Shown here piece by piece: positions 1 to 14,400 of a stretch of 64,000 bases of DNA. A program made the position numbers and the translations under genes. Source of the DNA: Macrostomum hystrix (lineage: Eukaryota > Animalia > Platyhelminthes); NCBI GenBank assembly GCA_950097015.1, contig CATNEN010000030.1, positions 4,278,001 to 4,342,000 on the forward strand, given 5' to 3'. The notes under the pieces are model-generated. The model did not search any database. It saw only the letters and a list, made by a program, of their open reading frames with translations, and had not been told where the DNA came from. Each line of letters opens with the position of its first letter. The stretch's first letter is position 1.

Positions 1-2435
1 TGCTGCTATATATTTTTTATACCCAACAATCTGAATTGCAATTCGTTTCTGGGTCGTTGCGTAATTTTATTCAACTCTCAAGGCCTTTTGCTCTTGCTAT
101 AGATAGGAAATAACTCATATTTAATGAGTAATCCATCGGTTCCTCAACTGAACTAACAAGGCATTCTAGTGTAGTCAATTCAATTTCGAAAAAAACTGTT
201 TTAACAATAAACAAGACCAGCATAGTCTTAGTTCTGTTTTGGCATTTTCCACATTCCCCCGTATTGCCGTGTTCCCGTTGCCAGTTAAGCGCCTGCTCAG
301 AAAAACTGTAATCAAACAAACTGTAGTGAACTCTGCATTTAGTTAATCATCACCTGGTCCTCACCTACCTAATCCAACTTTTCCTAGCCCGATTGCTTCT
401 GCACTGCAAAGCCAGAAGCTCATTAAAACAAATATAAATATACGAGTATATATATACATAATGTTTCACATTCAACGCTGGCATGCGCAAAAAGATACCT
501 GAATCTTCGATTGCACAAACAGCAATGATGGATGGCTTTCCTTGTTGGCTTCATCTTTTTTTAGAAGCATCCTTCATTAGATTTTTTAAGTTATAAATTA
601 TTAATTTTAGAGTCTTTTAGTACTCTAAATAATCCCGTTGGTTTCCACGACCTAGTCTCCAGTGATGATTAATGGCGCGTCTCTGAAAGAACAGTCTAGC
701 TTTTCTGATGAGTCAACCGGAAGAGACTAAAAATTCACTGTTGTGTGGATGCATTGAAGGTGCATTTACATTCGTCGCTAGTACTGAGCCGCTCACGCAA
801 CACTCGCGAGACAATATTTGAATCAGTATTGATCGTCCCATAATTTATTTTATTAAAATCATTCGATAGTAAATTACTCGTTACTAGTCTAAACTATTGA
901 TGAATTGGTTTTTTTAATACACAAATTAACAGTAGTACTACAAAGCCATTTTGCCGCCCGTTTTTATACGAATGGAGGATTTTTGGCAGCGCCTGAATGC
1001 TAACAGCGTTGGGTGGTGACTTATTGGTTGGCAGACTAGGCGATGGTGTCCTGTGGTTGAGCTGCGCCTGATACTTAGGCTTGCAGATCAGTGTGAAATT
1101 GGAGAAATTCGCGTCAGGTTGTCCATAGTGGCCTAGTTCCACCGGTGCTGCCCCTTGAAGGTCCAGCAGTCCGTCTAGATAAAGGTAGGTGACCACCGAA
1201 GACTGAGCTGATGCAGACACACTGGGGTGACATGTTGATCAATTCAATTTTGAAGGCCTGGCAAGGCCGCACTGAGGCGCAGTGCTAATTCATGTATACT
1301 TGCGCTTATGGAAATCAGATCTGGACCTTCGGCCAGAACCATTGAATATCTCGACGGTCTCAAGAGCTGGCGACTTAATTATTGTTAGAGCTGGCGACGC
1401 AACAAAAAGTTGGCCCGTGTTTTGAATTTCGTGTGCTTGCGTTGATCCGTTTGGGTGCAAAATGTCTAAGGGGATTTACCTCTCTAACAGTTCTACGGTT
1501 AAGTCAAAGATATCTCAATGGCTAGTACTCGTAATTACTCATAATAATTTCATCATCCTTGATTTACAAAACTGCAAGCAGGTTGAGACGCCCAGACATT
1601 CCCGTTTGAGTTGTGTGCTCAGATCAATACTCGGGGGGAGTCTCAGTACGCACTTGACGCTAAGGTCCAATTCAGTCTGCGAATTGGCCTGTCTGGGTTA
1701 GTCCCACAGTCCCACGTCACCAGACGCGTGTACCGAATGCGGCCTCAAAGAGCTATCGGGTTTTCCCGGCTGCTCTCCCTTATCTGCATATTCGCAGCCG
1801 GGCCAAATTGAATCCCTCTAGTGGCATCATATTATTTGGAATTCTAAATACAGTCCATTCGCCCTCTTGTTCATATTTAATTATGCCCCTGCCGCAGTAC
1901 GGAGTCGCAGAGTACTTTGGACTGCTGAGCAGCTACCATCTCCTGTCTCCCTCCTGTCTCTGCTGTGACCCTTGCTCCATCCAGTTATAGAGCTGCTTGT
2001 GGGTCCTATCCCCCCTCCCGCCTGTGTACTTGCGTTCAGTGTTCCCCTGCGCGCCGATATTTTCCTCATCCTCTTTCTTCTTCTGCGCTAAAGCCCGGCA
2101 GGTCATTGCCCCCCTCCCCCACAGTCTCACACTCCCTTTCCCAATCGATTTCCACCCCCACACAAGTCCAGCCTCTCGCCTCCTATCCTCGGCTCTCCAC
2201 CCGGAGCCGGCAGCATGAAGGCATGAAGGCAGTTGCCATATAGATACTGCAACTGACTGGCGCACACCGGGCAGGCGCGCACAGCACTGCGCTGTTGGAT
2301 ATCCGGGCACACCGAGGGTGACACGTGTGTCCGACTGCGTGCATGCGGTGTTTGTTAAAGTTCGTCTAACGCTGGCCAAAGTGCAGCAAAGCAACGCAAG
2401 TGGCCTAACCAGAACATCCAATTCTCAGAGCGACA

Positions 2436-5400
2436 ATGTCCTCGGTCAAGGTGGCGGTTCGGGTGCGCCCGTTCAACAGTCGCGAGTTGCACAACGACGC
2501 CAAGTGTGTAATCGAGATGCACAACAACACCACGTGTGAGTGGGACCAGCCGAGTACTGGAACTTAAGCATAGCTGAATGATCTATACGTCAATGTGACT
2601 GTACTCAAATCTGAGCTCTGCTGGAAATCCGATACCAATGGGCCCAAAAGCAAACTCTCCGGCCCTCGAGCAGTCGAGGTCCCTGTGCCTTTTCCCACTC
2701 TCATTTTGGAGAGGAATGAGCGGCTCCTCATCGCTCTAGAAAGACAGTTTTCTCGTTCTCAAAAGCATGCGATAAGAAAAAATCGAGTGGGATTTTTTTC
2801 TCAACGGTTTCTGACAGCTGGGATTCTTCTGTTAGAGAGGGGGGCAGGCTGCCTCTCAGCCTGTCCAGTCCTCAGTCCCAAGCGGATGCCAACTGGGCGC
2901 TGCAGTTCCGGAAGCTGCGATGCGGAGCTTGGGCCGAGGAGAGTGGGCTAGTCGATGATGGAGTGGAGTTTGGGATAACCGTTGCTAATATTTGTCCCTT
3001 ATAGGCTGAACTAGATGTGCGATTTATGGGAAATGATGGACCCTGAGCCTTGGAGCTCGGCGTTTTTTGGCTATGGAGATGGGATGAGGACGCCTTCTAG
3101 CTGGGGCTTATAAACAGCAGTTGTCTACACTTTTTCTCGGCCGAATTGCCAATCAGTTGAGCGAAGTTTTGTTCATGTTAGCCAGTCCATGGCTTTCGCA
3201 GTCTACGCATCATTCGACCTGGACAACTCTCATTAAAGTTCGACACGCCCTGGCAGCGGATGTTTTGTCTATGGCAAAAAGTGGTGCCAGACTAGAAGAT
3301 TTTCAGATTAGACAACTTACAATCCAATTAAACCAAAGCATTAGAACTGTATCGTACATGTAGTTTAATCGTTGAACAGTTTAACAATATAAGTCATTTT
3401 CTATACACTACTTTGCGGGCTGTGAGTTGCGTAGTTTTAAAGCGTCCGAAGCTCGAATCCGCGGAGAATTCAATAAGCAGCCGCGGGGAGAAGGCTATAG
3501 GGGACTCTTTGTGCAATTCAAGCCCATGATCGGGCCAACCTTTTAAGACACAAAAAGACTGTACAATGCATAATAAGAAAGTCATGATAGCTGTAGTACT
3601 CGTACACCTGTGTGAGTGTGCCTCAGAGTCCACATCATTATTCTCAAACATCGTCCCACCCACGTGCAGATATCACCAACCCGAAGGCTGGCCCAAAGGA
3701 GCAGGCGGTCAAGAGCTTCCAATTTGATCACAGCTACTGGTCACACGAGCCGGGCGACGCAAATTTCGCCAGCCAGCGTCGCGTCTACGAGGACATCGGC
3801 GTGGAGACGCTGGAGCACGCGTTCGAGGGCTACAATGTGTGCATCTTTGCCTACGGCCAGACTGGAGCTGGCAAGAGCTACACCATGATGGGCCGGCCGT
3901 CGGAGCCCGATCAGGCCGGGATAATTCCTCAGCTCTGCGAGAACTTATTTCGTCGGCTGGGCCAGCTGACAGAGGCCGGGGCGCACAGCATTGTGGAGGT
4001 GTCCTACATGGAGATCTACTGCGAGCGAGTCCGCGACCTACTAAATCCGAAGAACAAGGCCAACCTGCGAGTGCGTGAGCACCCCCTTCTGGGTCCCTAT
4101 GTTGAGGATTTGTCCAAGTGCGCCGTGACTAACTTTGGCGACATTAACGATCTGATCGACGCTGGGAACAAGTCTAGGTTCGTTGTCTTCTGATTGACAC
4201 GTAGCAGTGTATTTGGACAATTTCTTGACGGATTTACATGACACATGACAGTACATAGTTTGCAAGCTACACAGATTAAAAACATTAAGTATTATTTAAG
4301 CTTATGGTCTCTTATATACATGGTAAATAACACGCGCCATTCGCGTGGTTCAAGGTCAACCGTAATAGAATGACTCATCGCAAGAAGACTCGTCGGGAAG
4401 AACTGTTCTGTACGCAGTTCGTCTTAACCCCCCGCAGGACCGTGGCTGCCACAAACATGAACGAGACCAGCAGCCGGTCGCACGCCGTGTTCAATATTGT
4501 CCTCACCCAGAAGCGACACGACGCTACCACAGATCTCACCGGGGAGCGGGTGAGCGTGTGGATTTTTCTGATGCATTACTTTCTTTATCCAACGGAATCT
4601 TATTTGCAATTTTACTTTTAAGAAACACTTTTGTTCACGGTTTAATAGTCTTATAGTCTTGTTCCGCATATGCTGTACTGCGAAGTACTAATATATGGGG
4701 CAAGTATACAGGTTTTAATTCACACGCGTGAGGGAATAGAAGGGTTGGAGATGAGCAGAAGCTGGCTTGATTAGCTTTTCCCCATATCAACCTCTGCCAT
4801 TCCGTCACTGACCAAGAAATGAAAATGGAAAAGAACTGGCTTGAGCTAGACTTGGGATCGAGCTAGGCGCTCTGAGAGCTCAGCACCATGGTGGCAGACA
4901 GAGCCGCAGCAGCAGCAGCTGCAGCAGCGAAGATTGCCAATCCGGCTTCTCTACATTTATCTGTGGTTTAGAAAAGGCTTTCATTACTTTCTTATAGAAG
5001 TACTTGTAGTAAAATGTAACTATAATTCAGTTCGTTTGTGATACTTAATGAAACACACTGAAGACCCAGTAGACACACCGAATACCCAGTAGACACACCG
5101 AATACCCAGTAGACACACCGAATACCCAGTAGACACACCGAATACCCAGTAGACACACCGAATACCCAGTAGACACACCGAATACCCAGTAGACACACCG
5201 AATACCCAGTAGACACACCGAATACCCAGTAGACACACCGAATACCCAGTAGACACACCGAATACCCAGTAGACACACCGAATACCCAGTAGACACACCG
5301 AATACCCAGTAGACACACTGAATACCCAGTATACACACTGAATACCCAGTAGACACACCGAATACCCAGTAGACACACTGAAGATCCAGTGGACACACTG

Positions 5401-8400
5401 AATACCCAGTAGACACACCGAATACCCAGTAGACACACCGAATACCCAGTAGACACACCGAATACCCAGTAGACACACTGAATACCCAGTATACACACTG
5501 AATACCCAGTAGACACACCGAATACCCAGTAGACACACTGAAGATCCAGTGGACACACTTAAGATCCAGTAGACACACTGAAGATCCAGTGGACACACTT
5601 AAGATCCAGTAGACACACTGAATACCCAGTAGACACACCGAATACCCAGTAGACACACCGAATACCCAGTAGACACACCGAATACCCAGTAGACACACCG
5701 AATACCCAGTAGACACACCGAATACCCAGTAGACACACCGAATACCCAGTAGACACACCGAATACCCAGTAGACACACCGAATACCCAGTAGACACACTG
5801 AATACCCAGTATACACACTGAATACCCAGTAGACACACCGAATACCCAGTAGACACACTGAAGATCCAGTGGACACACTTAAGATCCAGTAGACACACTG
5901 AAGATCCAGTGGACACACTTAAGATCCAGTAGACACACTGAATACCCAGTAGACACACCGAATACCCAGTAGACACACCGAATACCCAGTAGACACACCG
6001 AATACCCAGTAGACACACCGAATACCCAGTAGACACACCGAATACCCAGTAGACACACCGAATACCCAGTAGACACACCGAATACCCAGTAGACACACTG
6101 AATACCCAGTAGACACACTGAAGACCCAGTAGACACACTGAAGTTCCAGTGGACACACTGAAGACCGAGTAGACACACTGAAGACCCAGTAGACACACTG
6201 AATACCCAGTATACACACTGAATACCCAGTAGACACACCGAATACCCAGTAGACACACTGAAGATCCAGTGGACACACTTAAGATCCAGTAGACACACTG
6301 AAGATCCAGTGGACACACTTAAGATCCAGTAGACACACTGAATACCCAGTAGACACACCGAATACCCAGTAGACACACCGAATACCCAGTAGACACACCG
6401 AATACCCAGTAGACACACCGAATACCCAGTAGACACACCGAATACCCAGTAGACACACCGAATACCCAGTAGACACACCGAATACCCAGTAGACACACCG
6501 AATACCCAGTAGACACACTGAATACCCAGTATACACACTGAATACCCAGTAGACACACCGAATACCCAGTAGACACACTGAAGATCCAGTGGACACACTT
6601 AAGATCCAGTAGACACACTGAAGATCCAGTGGACACACTTAAGATCCAGTAGACACACTGAATACCCAGTAGACACACCGAATACCCAGTAGACACACCG
6701 AATACCCAGTAGACACACCGAATACCCAGTAGACACACCGAATACCCAGTAGACACACCGAATACCCAGTAGACACACCGAATACCCAGTAGACACACCG
6801 AATACCCAGTAGACACACTGAATACCCAGTAGACACACTGAAGACCCAGTAGACACACTGAAGTTCCAGTGGACACACTGAAGACCGAGTAGACACACTG
6901 AAGACCCAGTAGACACACTGAATACCCAGTATACACACTGAATACCCAGTAGACACACCGAATACCCAGTAGACACACTGAAGATCCAGTGGACACACTT
7001 AAGATCCAGTAGACACACTGAAGATCCAGTGGACACACTTAAGATCCAGTAGACACACTGAATACCCAGTAGACACACCGAATACCCAGTAGACACACCG
7101 AATACCCAGTAGACACACCGAATACCCAGTAGACACACCGAATACCCAGTAGACACACCGAATACCCAGTAGACACACCGAATACCCAGTAGACACACCG
7201 AATACCCAGTAGACACACCGAATACCCAGTAGACACACTGAATACCCAGTATACACACTGAATACCCAGTAGACACACCGAATACCCAGTAGACACACTG
7301 AAGATCCAGTGGACACACTTAAGATCCAGTAGACACACTGAAGATCCAGTGGACACACTTAAGATCCAGTAGACACACTGAATACCCAGTAGACACACCG
7401 AATACCCAGTAGACACACCGAATACCCAGTAGACACACCGAATACCCAGTAGACACACCGAATACCCAGTAGACACACTGAATACCCAGTAGACACACTG
7501 AAGACCCAGTAGACACACTGAAGTTCCAGTGGACACACTGAAGACCGAGTAGACACACTGAAGACCCAGTAGACACACTGAATACCCAGTATACACACTG
7601 AATACCCAGTAGACACACCGAATACCCAGTAGACACACTGAATACCCAGTAGACACACCGAATACCCAGTAGACACACTGAAGATCCAGTGGACACACTG
7701 AATACCCAGTAGACACACCGAATACCCAGTAGGCACACCGAATACCCAGTAGACACACCGAATACCCAGTAGACACACTGAATACCCAGTATACACACTG
7801 AATACCCAGTAGACACACCGAATACCCAGTAGACACACTGAAGATCCAGTGGACACACTTAAGATCCAGTAGACACACTGAAGATCCAGTGGACACACTT
7901 AAGATCCAGTAGACACACTGAATACCCAGTAGACACACCGAATACCCAGTAGACACACCGAATACCCAGTAGACACACCGAATACCCAGTAGACACACCG
8001 AATACCCAGTAGACACACCGAATACCCAGTAGACACACCGAATACCCAGTAGACACACCGAATACCCAGTAGACACACCGAATACCCAGTAGACACACTG
8101 AATACCCAGTATACACACTGAATACCCAGTAGACACACCGAATACCCAGTAGACACACCGAATACCCAGTAGACACACCGAATACCCAGTAGACACACTG
8201 AATACCCAGTAGACACACTGAAGACCCAGTAGACACACTGAAGTTCCAGTGGACACACTGAAGACCGAGTAGACACACTGAAGACCCAGTAGACACACTG
8301 AAGACCCAGTAGACACACTGAAGACCCAGTAGACACACTGAAGACCGAGTAGACACACTGAAGACCCAGTAGACACACTGAAGACCCAGTAGACACACTG

Positions 8401-11400
8401 AAGACCGAGTAGACACACTGAAAGCTTCTTGCTCTAATCCCGAACCTTTTGAAATGATTCTGATCCCTAACCTGATCCCAAAATGCGCGCGACTCATGCT
8501 CTTTGCAGGCCCTCGTTGATACCCAATCCGATTTAGTAAGTTTACATAAGCTTCGTTAAACACCTTTGTCTAGACTTTTTTCTTTAACTAAACGATATAG
8601 CTGCTACGCTTATTGAGTTTGGCAACAGCTAGAATAACTTTTGTTATTTTGCATTGCAATTAATGGCATATGGTGAGAAGTGCTACGCAAAGTGGATTAT
8701 TATAGTAACTACTACTCGTATTAATTACTAGTAACTATTACTATTTGTCGTTACTAACGACCAACACGTCTTACTGGTGCATTGTAATTATCGCATTCAT
8801 ACAATGGTGTCAAGTTTCATTGCAAACAACCTGACTTATATAACTCCCTATTGATTCTCATAACGTAACAAAGATCTACTGAGTTTTTCTAATGTTTCTA
8901 ATGCTTGGGAGTTATAGGCCGAGGAAGGTCTCTCTGTGTGTGGGAGTTTCGTATGTACAATGAGCACATACTCATGTCGGACGGAATCGGTAATAGCCCG
9001 CGGGTCAGGGCTGGACTAGGGAATAGAAATGGAGACTGTTTAGGCTTGGGATCTGGAGAGGAAGTCCAGATTGGGATAAGAAAATGCGATTTCAACCCTA
9101 TTCCGGATGGATTTAGGGCCGGCCTTGGCGTCTGGGAGATTCACCCCCCCCCGAGCAGTCCGTGATGGAGAGAGAAGGGAGTGGCAGGGTCTGGTTAGGT
9201 ACATTTGCGAGCACCCTGTGCTCAAACCGTGACTTGCTCGGACTTCCTAAAGCGGACTGCGCCACGCAAAGTCAGTGGAGAGTTGCGGGCTCGCTCACAC
9301 ACAGACACACACTCACACACACACACGGCCCTAAGGCATAAGGCAATGGGATAGGGCAATCAGTAGAAAATAATTCCAGTATCAAAGCCCCCATAAAACA
9401 AGCATTTTGAGGCTTGCATGTCAAAATCCTCTGATTTATTCAGCAAGTTTATGCAGGCGTTGCGCTTAATTGAACACCAACAGAACTCGAGTTTGATGCC
9501 TGAAAGCATGAAATTCGCTGTACTCATTCAAACTCTTGCAGTTAAACCATTCTAATCCCGAATCCTCATCCCTACCATTCTAATCCCGAATCCTCATCCC
9601 AACCATTGTAATCCCGAATCTTCATCCCTACCATTGTAATCCCGAATCTTCATCACAACCATTGTAATCCCGAATCTTCATCCCTACCATTGTAATCCCG
9701 AATCTTCATCACAACCATTGTAATCCCGAATCCTCATCCCAACCATTGTAATCCCGAATCCTCATCCCAACCATTTTAATCCCGAATCCTCATCCCAACC
9801 ATTTTAATCCCGAATCCTCATCCCTACCATTGTAATCCCGAATCCTCATCCCAACCATTGTAATCCCGAATCCTCATCCCAACCATTGTAATCCCGAATC
9901 CTCATCCCTACCATTGTAATCCCGAATCCTCATCCCAACCATTGTAATCCCGAATCCTCATCCCAACCATTGTAATCCCGAATCCTCATCCCAACCATTT
10001 TAATCCCGAATCCTCATCCCAACCATTGTAATCCCGAATCCTCATCCCAACCATTTTAATCCCGAATCCTCATCCCAACCATTGTAATCCCGAATCCTCA
10101 TCCCAACCATTGTAATCCCGAATCCTCATCCCTACCATTCTAATCCCGAATCATCATCCTATCCATTGTAATCCCGAATCCTCATCACAAAGCTTTTAAT
10201 CCCGAATCCTCATCACAACCATTGTAATCCCGAATCCTCATCCCAACCATTGTAATCCCGAATCCTCATCCCAACCATTGTAATCCCGAATCTTCATCAC
10301 AACCATTGTACTCCGAATCTTCATCACAACCATTGTAATCCCGAATCCTCATCCCAACCATTCTAATCCCGAATCCCAATCCTAACCATTGTAATCCCAA
10401 ATCCCCAAATTTTAAACTCAAATCCCAAAGTTCTTCCAGATGAAAAAAATAGAAAGATTAATATTTTAATGTCATGATCGAAATGCTACTAGTACTAACC
10501 ATTGCGCTATTTTATTTTGCATGAAAATCAAATAATTTTGCGCTTAAACTAGATTGAAGTACTTTAATAGGAGTTTTATGTACTTTTATTGTTATTAAAC
10601 ACGTGGTTTTATAAATACCAAACAAGTAATTACGGATTAAACAACCGATTTCCAACACGAATCGATCAGGTCAGCAAGATCAGTCTGGTTGATCTGGCGG
10701 GCAGCGAGAGAGCCGACTCAACCGGTGCGCAGGGCAAGCGACTCAAGGAGGGCGCCAACATCAACAAGAGTTTGACAACTCTTGGAAAAGTGATCAGCGG
10801 CCTGGCCGATATGGTGAGCATCGTGAGGCCAGTGCAACGGGGTGATATAAAAGTACATAGGCGGAAAATGCGGCAATCGAACCTTACGATTATTCCCATC
10901 TCAAAATTTCAGAGTGCGGAGGTGCGGATTCAGGAAGCGAGTTTCGATTAAAAATCCTAGTCTTTTTTAATGTTTATTTTAACAAGCAATGTTTCTACAA
11001 AAAATCTTTTCAGGCCGACCGGAAGAAGAGTAAAAAAATTGCGCAATTCATTCCTTACCGGGACTCAGTCCTCACCTGGCTGCTGCGGGAGAACCTAGGT
11101 GATCCTCCAGCTTACCTCGCCTATCCTCAGATTGTCTACTATCCCAGTGCTCACACTGTCTACTATCCCAGTTCTCACACTGTCTACTATCCCAGTTCTC
11201 ACACTGTCTACTATCCCAGTTCTCACACTGTCTACTATCCCAGTTCTCACACTGTCTACTATCCCAGTTCTCACACTGTCTACTATCCCAGTTCTCACAC
11301 TGTCTACTATCCCAGTTCTCACACTGTCTACTATCCCAGTTCTCACACTGTCTACTGTCCCAGTCCTCACACTGTCTACTATCCCAGTTCTCACACTGTC

Positions 11401-14400
11401 TACTATCCCAGTCCTCACACTGTCTACTGTCCCAGTTCTCACACTGTCTACTATCCCAGTTCTCACACTGTCTACTGTCCCAGTGCTCACACTGTCTACT
11501 ATCCCAGTCCTCACACTGTCTACTATCCCAGTCCTCACACTGTCTACTGTCCCAGTTCTCACACTGTCTACTATCCCAGTTCTTACACTGTCTACTATCC
11601 CAGTTCTCACACTGTCTACTATCCCAGTCCTCACACTGTCTACTGTCCCAGTTCTCACACTGTCTACTATCCCAGTTCTCACACTGTCTACTGTCCCAGT
11701 GCTCACACTGTCTACTATCCCAGTCCTCACACTGTCTACTATCCCAGTCCTCACACTGTCTACTATCCCAGTCCTCACACTGTCTACTGTCACAGTTCTC
11801 ACACTGTCTACTATCCCAGTCCTCACACTGTCTACTATCCCAGTCCTCACACTGTCTACTATCCCAGTCCTCACACTGTCTACTATCCCAGTTCTCACAC
11901 TGTCTACTGTCCCAGTTCTCACACTGTCTACTGTCCCAGTCCTCACACTGTCTACTATCCCAGTCCTCACACTGTCTACTATCCCAGTTCTCACACTGTC
12001 TACTGTCCCAGTGCTCACACTGTCTACTATCCCAGTCCTCACACTGTCTACTATCCCAGTCCTCACACTGTCTACTATCCCAGTCCTCACACTGTCTACT
12101 ATCCCAGTTCTCACACTGTCTACTATCCCAGTTCTCACACTGTCTACTGTCCCAGTCCTCACACTGTCTACTATCCCAGTTCTCACACTGTCTACTATCC
12201 CAGTCCTCACACTGTCTACTATCCCAGTTCTCACACTGTCTACTATCCCAGTTCTCACACTGTCTACTATCCCAGTGCTCACACTGTCTACTGTCCCAGT
12301 CCTCACACTGTCTACTATCCCAGTCCTCACACTGTCTACTATCCCAGTCCTCACACTGTCTACTATCCTAGTTCTCACACTGTCTACTATCCCAGTTCTC
12401 ACACTGTCTACTATCCCAGTTCTCACACTGTCTACTATCCCAGTTCTCACACTGTCTACTGTCCCAGTTCTCACACTGTCTACTGTCCCAGTGCTCACAC
12501 TGTCTACTATCCCAGTCCTCACACTGTCTACTATCCCAGTCCTCACACTGTCTACTGTCCCAGTTCTCACACTGTCTACTGTCCCAGTTCTCACACTGTC
12601 TACTATCCCAGTCCTCACACTGTCTACTATCCCAGTTCTCACACTGTCTACTATCCCAGTCCTCACACTGTCTACTGTCCCAGTTCTCACACTGTCTACT
12701 ATCCCAGTCCTCACACTGTCTACTGTCCCAGTGCTCACACTGTCTACTATCCCAGTTCTCACACTGTCTACTGTCCCAGTCCTCACACTGTCTACTATCC
12801 CAGTCCTCACACTGTCTACTATCCCAGTCCTCACACTGTCTACTATCCCAGTTCTCACACTGTCTACTATCCCAGTTCTCACACTGTCTACTATCCCAGT
12901 CCTCACACTGTCTACTATCCCAGTCCTCACACTGTCTACTATCCCAGTTGTCACCTCTCCGCTAACCCGCCAGGTGGCAACTCACGCACGGCCATGATCG
13001 CCGCCCTGAGTCCGGCGGACATCAACTATGACGAGACCTTGAGCACGCTTCGCTACGCCGATCGGGCCAAGCAGATCGTCTGCAAGGCCGTCATCAACGA
13101 GGACCCAAACGCCAGGCTGATCCGCGAACTCAAAGAAGAAGTTCAAAAGCTCCGCGACATTCTCCGGTTGGAGGGCATCGAACTGGCCGACGATGCGGCA
13201 GTTGCGTTGAAAGTCAGCACCACTACACAGCAGCAGCAGCAGCCGCAGCAGCAGCCGCAGCCGCAGCGTCAGAAGCGGCAGCCGTCAGTTAGCGGCGAGG
13301 ACGCCATCGAGAAGCTAAGAACCTCGGAGAAACTCATAGCCGAACTCAACGAGACCTGGGAGGAGAAGCTGAAGAAGACGGAAGAAATCCGGCAGCAGAG
13401 GTGAGGTTCGAGGATAATTATCCTCTATGATTAATCTCACTTCGATTTATTGATCACTTAGCTTGCATGCTTCTTTAGCTTTGCCAATTATCATTATCGA
13501 TAAAAAATTATATAAACTACTCTCGTTTTATCCCGAATGTTTTTGTTAGTTAGGCTGTTTTAAATCACTTTTCAATGATCAATTACATTTATTATTGTTT
13601 TAGATATGAGTATTTTCGAAGTTCAAATCTTGTTTTAGTTCAAACGAAGTTCAAACGAAAACAAAATAGATTGGAAAGTTTTTTGTAGCTCATATATATG
13701 GCCATGCACTTTTATAGCATTGTTTTTGTTATCCGGATTTCTTTATTTATTCCTGCTGATCATCCTAACATAAATAAACAGTTACTAACTTTGTATTTAA
13801 CTGTACTCAAAAGTTCATTTCTCTTGAAAAGAACTTTTGTCTTCTATAGTCCAAATGTGTCTTTAAAAGTACATTCGTCTTCAATGTACATTTGTCTTCA
13901 AAGAACTTTTTTCTTCAAAAGTACATTTGCCTTCAAAAGTACATTTGTCCTCAAAAGTACATTTGTCTTCAAAAGTACATTTGTCTTCAAAAGTACATTT
14001 GTCTTCAAAAGTACATTTGTCCTCAAAGGTACATTTGTATTCAAAGGAAATTCGTCTTCAAATGTACATTTATCTTCTTAACTGTACGATATTGATTTGC
14101 AATTAATCGACGTGTGTTTGTAAATTTTTCCTTCGTCATAGTTCAGCAATAAACTTTTTTGTTTTTTTAGAGAGCTCGAACTCAAAACCATTGGTCTGGC
14201 TTTGAGGCCTTCGTGCAGTCACGGGTAGGGCTTGTCAGCCTGCAATTGTGTTGTGCGCACAAATTTTAACTAAGTTTTCAACCTCTGTACCCCTCTCTAA
14301 AGCGTCAGACTTTTAACCAAGAGGTCTGAGGCTCGAAACTTAGTGTCGTTTTGTGTCATTGAGAATTTTCTCAATGTTTTAGTTCCAATAGGTAAATGGG

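Noticed and set aside
4992-8563. Many overlapping minus-strand ORFs ([20 protein letters not shown] repeats)
   Set aside because: Translations of the 20-bp satellite, antisense within a kinesin intron, cycling through all frames; no unique coding sequence.
11095-12997. 619-aa and 632-aa ORFs (TGIVDSVR / STIPVLTL repeats) as standalone mucin-like genes
   Set aside because: Both are confined to intron 5 and arise from a stop-free 24-bp unit; only the kinesin-frame read-through is kept as a finding.
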